From NCBI GenBank assembly GCA_964549615.1, contig CAZJVP010000018.1, forward strand, positions 13,802 to 77,801: a DNA stretch of 64,000 bases. Direction: 5' to 3'. Positions 59,414-64,000 of the stretch are shown here, one piece after another. The position numbers and the translations under genes were made by a program. Source of the stretch: an uncultured Thermococci archaeon (GTDB taxonomy: Archaea > CAYQAE01 > CAYVLA01). A model generated the notes under the pieces. It had not been told where the DNA came from. It saw nothing but the letters and a program-made list of their open reading frames with translations, and did no database searches. The stretch's first letter is position 1. The number at the start of each line of letters is the position of its first letter.

Positions 59414-60204
59414 AACCAGAACATGTCTTGCCCTAGCTCCTGGGCCTTCTGCTCCACGTACTTGTAGTACTCCCGTCTCTTGAGGCGGGAGGCGGCCTCC
59501 TCGTCGGCAATTATGGTTACTCTTGGATGGAGCTGAAGGACGGAGGCCGTGCACTCCGCGGATATGGGTCCCTCGATGGTCGCCCTCAGGGGCTGCGACT
59601 TGCTCGCCCCCGAGGCGAGGAGGAGGATGAAACGAGCATCCATTATGGTGCCCACCCCCATCGTCAATGCGAACCTTGGTACGTCCTCCTCCCGGCCAAA
59701 GAAGCGGGCGTTATCCCTTATGGTCTCGCGGGCCAGTGTCTTGACCCTGGTTCTTGACCCCAAGGACGAACTGGGTTCGTTGAAGCCGATGTGCCCATCC
59801 CTGCCAAGGCCGAGCAGCTGAAGGTCAATTCCGCCTGCATCCTTGATCGTCTTCTCGTACGCTTGGCCCTCCTTCTCGAGGTTCTTGGCCAACCCGTTGG
59901 GAATGTGAACCCGCGAGGGATCCACGTTCACGTGGTCGAAGAGGTTTCGCCACATGAAGTAGTGGTAGCTCTGCGGGTGATCGGGCGGCAGGCCGAGGTA
60001 CTCGTCCAGATTAAAGGTCGTTACCTTCGAGAAATCCAAGCCCTCCTCCTTGTGCATCCTGATGAGCTCCTTGTAGGTCCCAATCGGCGTGCTTCCCGTC
60101 GCAAGCCCTAGGACACAATTCGGTTTCCTCCGGATCATGGAAGCGATTATGGACGCACTCCTTCTGCTGAGTTCCTCGTAGTCACGGCAGATGATGACTC
60201 TCAA
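59404..60204 (-). CDS. nagB: Glucosamine-6-phosphate deaminase (bacterial-type)
   Basis: LGLATGSTP, TFNLDEY, HPQSY, GGIDLQLLGLGRDGHIGFNEP, NARFF, TMGVGTI, LQLHP. TTG start at 60204. Confidence 0.96.
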   Translation of the reverse strand: MRVIICRDYEELSRRSASIIASMIRRKPNCVLGLATGSTPIGTYKELIRMHKEEGLDFSKVTTFNLDEYLGLPPDHPQSYHYFMWRNLFDHVNVDPSRVHIPNGLAKNLEKEGQAYEKTIKDAGGIDLQLLGLGRDGHIGFNEPSSSLGSRTRVKTLARETIRDNARFFGREEDVPRFALTMGVGTIMDARFILLLASGASKSQPLRATIEGPISAECTASVLQLHPRVTIIADEEAASRLKRREYYKYVEQKAQELGQDMFWFHM

Positions 60205-60448
60205 TTCCGACCGACCAGCCTGCCTTCTAGGGCCGGAACAGCACTTGATCTCACGGGAAAAATTTTTCGGATCCATGGTGGCCATGATGGCTCGGCGGTT
60301 CGAACACAGGTAGGCATGTCCTCGGCAATGACGAGGCCGAACCCAGATCTCTCACAGCTGCGACCCGGGATCCTGGCGGCAAGATCGAAGGGAATCATTT
60401 TATTGCCCATGGCTTGAGGCAAGCTCGTTCGGTCTTCACAAGGGATCT

Positions 60449-61441
60449 GTGGACATGGACGTCATGAAGCGGTTCGAACGGATGTGCCGCAAGAGGCCGA
60501 AAAGGATAGCTCTGCCTGAAAGTGAAGATCCTCGGATCATGAGGGCTGCGTCGATAGCATCGAGAAGGTCTCTGGCCTTTCCGGTCTTGGTCGGGGATGA
60601 GGGCAAGATTCGCGAGGCGGCGAGAGAGGAATCCATTGACCTGTCGGGAATCCAGATCGTGAGCCCGGCAAGCAGTGCGGCGATGGAATCCTACGTGGAG
60701 GAGTACCTGACCATGCGAGGGGGAAGGAACATCACTAGGGAGATTGCCAGGAGGCTCCTATCCAAGAACCTGTTTTATGCGGCGATGATGGTGAGGATGG
60801 GCCACGCCGACGGGGTTGTGGCCGGCGCAACCCATCTCACCGCGAGCGTGATCAAGGCTGGGAAGCTGTTCATAGGGCTCCAGGACGATGGGACCGAGCC
60901 TTCCAGCTTCTTCATCATGGTGGTTCCGGGCTTCGACCCGCTGATATTTGCCGACTGCGCCGTGAACCCGAACCCTGAGCCAGAGCTGCTCGCGCGAATC
61001 GCGATAACGTCGGCTGCGAGCGCGACCAAGCTCTTGTCGGTTAGGCCGCGGGTCGCCATGCTGTCCTTCTCCACGAAGGGGTCCGCAGATCATCCCGACG
61101 TCAGGAAGGTTGTAACGGCCACCGAGATCGCGAGGAGACTCGACCCAGACCTGTGCCTAGATGGAGAACTTCAGGCCGATTCTGCGATAGTTCCGGAAAT
61201 CGCCCAGAGGAAGGGAGCCGCAGGTGTGCTGGGAGGACGTGCGAATGTTCTCATCTTCCCAGATCTTGACGCTGGGAACATAGCCTACAAGCTCGTCCAA
61301 CACCTCGCTCGGGCGAAGGCCTACGGTCCCTTCCTCCAGGGATTTCGAAAGCCCATAACGGATTTGTCGCGAGGGTGCAATGAGGATGAGGTCGTAGCCG
61401 CAATATTGGTCACGTCCATCCAGGCAGGTGCAGGCCAATGA
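60449..61441 (+). CDS. pta: Phosphate acetyltransferase (short, catalytic domain only)
   Basis: LPESED.R, ADGVVAG, FADCAVNPNP, VAMLSFSTKGS, DGELQAD, FPDLDAGNIAYK, GPFLQG..KP..DLSRG. Confidence 0.95.
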   Translation: MDMDVMKRFERMCRKRPKRIALPESEDPRIMRAASIASRRSLAFPVLVGDEGKIREAAREESIDLSGIQIVSPASSAAMESYVEEYLTMRGGRNITREIARRLLSKNLFYAAMMVRMGHADGVVAGATHLTASVIKAGKLFIGLQDDGTEPSSFFIMVVPGFDPLIFADCAVNPNPEPELLARIAITSAASATKLLSVRPRVAMLSFSTKGSADHPDVRKVVTATEIARRLDPDLCLDGELQADSAIVPEIAQRKGAAGVLGGRANVLIFPDLDAGNIAYKLVQHLARAKAYGPFLQGFRKPITDLSRGCNEDEVVAAILVTSIQAGAGQ

Positions 61442-62649
61442 AGATACTCACCCTGAACACAGGCAGCTCCTCGCTGAAGTACAGGCTATCGGAGCCCGAC
61501 CGGGGGACGATTTTGGTGGACGGCCTCATAGAGCGGATCGGTGAACCCCAGTCCAACGTGAAGCACGAGGCGAGGGGCCAGAGGATCCTGAGGACCCTTC
61601 CGATCGCGGACCACCGGGAGGCCTTCGACCTAATGCTGGAGTTGTTGCTGGGCTCAGAAGGGGGCGTCATACGGAGCCTTTCCGAGATAGCTGCAGTCGG
61701 GCATAGGGTAGTCCATGGCGGCGACAAGTTCTTCGAATCGGTCGTGATCTCAGACGAGACTCTGAGGGCGATGCATGAGTTCGACGATCTGGCACCACTT
61801 CACAACCCCATCAACTTGCTTGGCGTAACCATAGCGAGACGATTGCTGCCGAGCGTGCCGCACGTTGCCGTATTCGACACGGCCTTCCATCAGACAATGC
61901 CGAAGGTCGCCTACCTCTACGCCATACCCCTGGAACTGTACGACAAACACCGCATTCGAAGGTACGGGTTTCACGGCACCTCGCACGGGTACGTCTCCCA
62001 AAGGGCCGCAGAGGTCATCGGCAAGCCGCTCGAGAAGCTTAGGATGATCACCTGTCATCTAGGAAACGGTTGCAGCATGACCGCCATAAGGGAAGGAAGA
62101 TCAGTGGACACCTCGATGGGGTTCACGCCACTCGAGGGCTTGGTCATGGGCACGAGGAGCGGCGACGTGGATCCCTCGGTCGTTTTCTTCCTCGTCTCAA
62201 AGCGAGGGTACGACCTGGAGGCCGTCGAGGACATCCTGAACAGGAAGAGCGGGCTTCTCGGGATCTCTGGCATCTCCAACGACATGAAGACAGTGATCGA
62301 GGCAAGCCGCGAAGGCAACGAGAGAGCCAAACTGGCCATGGAGGTCTTTGCGTACAGGGTCAAGAAATACATCGGCGCGTACATTGCGGTTCTCGGCGGC
62401 CTGGATTGTCTGGTATTCACGGCCGGCATTGGCGAGAGATCCCCCGAAATGCGGGGACTCATCTGCTCGGAGATGGAGCATCTGGGGATCGTGATCGATC
62501 CGGACCTCAACGCGGGCTGCATCGCAAGGGAAGCGATCATCAGCAGGCCCGGCTCACAGGTGAAGGTAGTCGTTGTGCCAACGGACGAGGAGAAGGTGAT
62601 AGCATCGGAAACCTACCGCGTACTTTCGCGCATTGGTGAGAAGAGATGA
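61438..62649 (+). CDS. ackA: Acetate kinase
   Basis: NTGSSSLK, GHRVVHGG, LAPLHNP, FDTAFHQT, YGFHGTSH, HLGNG, DTSMGFTPLEGLVMGTRSGD, FTAGIGE, PTDEE. Confidence 0.97.
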   Translation: MKILTLNTGSSSLKYRLSEPDRGTILVDGLIERIGEPQSNVKHEARGQRILRTLPIADHREAFDLMLELLLGSEGGVIRSLSEIAAVGHRVVHGGDKFFESVVISDETLRAMHEFDDLAPLHNPINLLGVTIARRLLPSVPHVAVFDTAFHQTMPKVAYLYAIPLELYDKHRIRRYGFHGTSHGYVSQRAAEVIGKPLEKLRMITCHLGNGCSMTAIREGRSVDTSMGFTPLEGLVMGTRSGDVDPSVVFFLVSKRGYDLEAVEDILNRKSGLLGISGISNDMKTVIEASREGNERAKLAMEVFAYRVKKYIGAYIAVLGGLDCLVFTAGIGERSPEMRGLICSEMEHLGIVIDPDLNAGCIAREAIISRPGSQVKVVVVPTDEEKVIASETYRVLSRIGEKR

Positions 62650-63914
62650 AACTCTGCATCTTTGAAGACGATAAGTTCGAGGATTTCTATCCGATATCGC
62701 TAACCCGGCCCGTTTTCGGCCTGAGGCTGGGGATGGAGGAGCTATACAGGAGAGATTCGCGGATTCTGGGGCTCAAGTTGGAGAAAGCCTTCGCCCGAAG
62801 CTACCTCGCGCCAACGGCAAGCAGGTCTATGGGAATCCTGGTAAACTCAAGCTCCGGGATGGAGAAGGACGATTGGCTCCTGCTGAACGGCAGGTGCATG
62901 AACCCGGCAGGCATCCCACTCAACGAGACCGATGTGGCGGGCATGCGAGGGCAGGATGTCGCGTTCATAGTTGCCAGAAAGGAGACCATCAAGAGGAACC
63001 TTTCCGCGGATTTCCACGCGTTCATGGAGCGCCTGCTCAACGATTGCAGCAAAGTGGAGACCGACGTGCCCCTCGCCGCGCACGTCTGGGACCTTGTCCT
63101 GGCCAACTCGCGGGCCGTCACCGAGGACTTTCGGGCGCTCGGCAGAAGTGGAATCCATGGCAGCATGTCCGAGGCATCATGCGTTGTTGGCGGCGAGGAG
63201 CATGTCTACGTCGCCCCGACGGCGAGGGTGGATCCGCTTGTGGTTCTCGATGCGTCAAACGGTCCCATCTACCTGGACGAAGGGGCTAGGGTATATCCGC
63301 ACACCAGGATCGAGGGGCCAAGCTACGTGGGCCGAGATACCCAGATCGTGGGCGGCAAGATACGGGAAGGGTGTTCCATAGGCCCGGTTTGCAGGGTGGG
63401 CGGCGAGGTGGAGGAGAGCATCTTCCACGGCTACTCGAATAAGTATCACGACGGCTTCATAGGTCACAGTTACGTCGGTGAGTGGGTGAATCTGGGCGCC
63501 CTGACGACAAATAGTGACCTGAAGAACGACTACTCCACGGTCCAGGTGTTTCTCCGGGGACGCCTCGTCGACACGGGCCTGACCAAGGTCGGGTCGGCCA
63601 TAGGCGATCACGTCAAAACCGGGATCGGTACGCTCCTAAACACGGGCACGGCGGTTGGGGTCATGACCATCGTGATGCCCAGCGGCGAGGTTTCGCCGAA
63701 GAACATACCATCCTTCTGTCTGCTTCACCGCAACCAGATACGTGGCGGGCTTGGATTCGACAACCTGATCGAGACTGCAGAGAAGGCCATGTCAAGGAGA
63801 GGGGTCAAGCTCGGGCCGGATGAGATCGAGTTGCTTAAGCAAGTGTATGACCTAACCGCCGCAGAGAGGGAAAGTTTGATAAGGAGAGACCGAAGGAAAC
63901 GGGCGAGGGCGTGA
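62646..63914 (+). CDS. GlmU-like putative sugar nucleotidyltransferase / left-handed beta-helix acyltransferase
   Basis: FYPISLTRPVFGLRLG N-terminus, LLNGR, hexapeptide repeats, GGEVEES, NKYHDGFIGHSYVGEWVNLGA.T.NSDLKN, GDHVKTGI. Confidence 0.85.
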   Translation: MKLCIFEDDKFEDFYPISLTRPVFGLRLGMEELYRRDSRILGLKLEKAFARSYLAPTASRSMGILVNSSSGMEKDDWLLLNGRCMNPAGIPLNETDVAGMRGQDVAFIVARKETIKRNLSADFHAFMERLLNDCSKVETDVPLAAHVWDLVLANSRAVTEDFRALGRSGIHGSMSEASCVVGGEEHVYVAPTARVDPLVVLDASNGPIYLDEGARVYPHTRIEGPSYVGRDTQIVGGKIREGCSIGPVCRVGGEVEESIFHGYSNKYHDGFIGHSYVGEWVNLGALTTNSDLKNDYSTVQVFLRGRLVDTGLTKVGSAIGDHVKTGIGTLLNTGTAVGVMTIVMPSGEVSPKNIPSFCLLHRNQIRGGLGFDNLIETAEKAMSRRGVKLGPDEIELLKQVYDLTAAERESLIRRDRRKRARA

Positions 63915-64000
63915 GCGAAATGTCGGTCGAGGAGAGGATGATAAAGATAATCACCGATGTCCTAGGCGTCGAACGCGAGAAGATCACGATGGACTCAAGG
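63911..64000 (+). CDS. Acyl carrier protein-like gene (3' truncated by window edge; absent from the ORF track)
   Basis: GTGA overlap with the upstream stop; translates (M)SEMSVEERMIKIITDVLGVEREKITMDSR, matching ACP helix I and loop. The DSL serine motif would lie beyond the window. Confidence 0.72.
   Translation, partial: MSEMSVEERMIKIITDVLGVEREKITMDSR

Overview
A GC-rich, gene-dense archaeal chromosome segment. It has an archaeal histone, two TFBs, Gar1, the archaeal aroA'/aroB' shikimate entry, TATA boxes and GGTGA-type SD motifs. The lineage cannot be fixed from this window. I found no rRNA, tRNA, CRISPR array or IS element. Contents: a pyrimidine cluster (pyrF, I, B, C, K, D); an ABC-2 exporter; an H4MPT/methanofuran C1 operon (mtd, ftr, HdrC-GltD fusion, HdrA-MvhD fusion, FwdD-B fusion, fwdA, fwdC); RNase Z; an Acd-GNAT fusion; a CODH/ACS operon (cooC, F420-binding FrhB/FpoF-like gene, cdhABC, cooC, cdhDE, DUF166); two head-to-head intramembrane proteases next to tandem TFBs; serA; AlaAT; a shikimate cluster; an AAA+-wHTH protein; PAC2; and a bacterial-looking block (nagB divergent from pta, ackA, GlmU-like, acyl-carrier-protein-like) at the right edge. 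Best leads: (1) an HdrB-less HdrA module whose HdrC domain is fused to an NADP-type flavoprotein and is encoded in the Fwd operon, possibly a new electron-bifurcating complex; (2) an ACP-like gene in an archaeon, missed by the ORF track; (3) an F420-binding ferredoxin protein inside the cdh operon; (4) a decayed class II ribonucleotide reductase and a GNAT remnant in apparently intergenic DNA at 23.7-25.0 kb. All calls are by-eye motif recognition; no searches were run.
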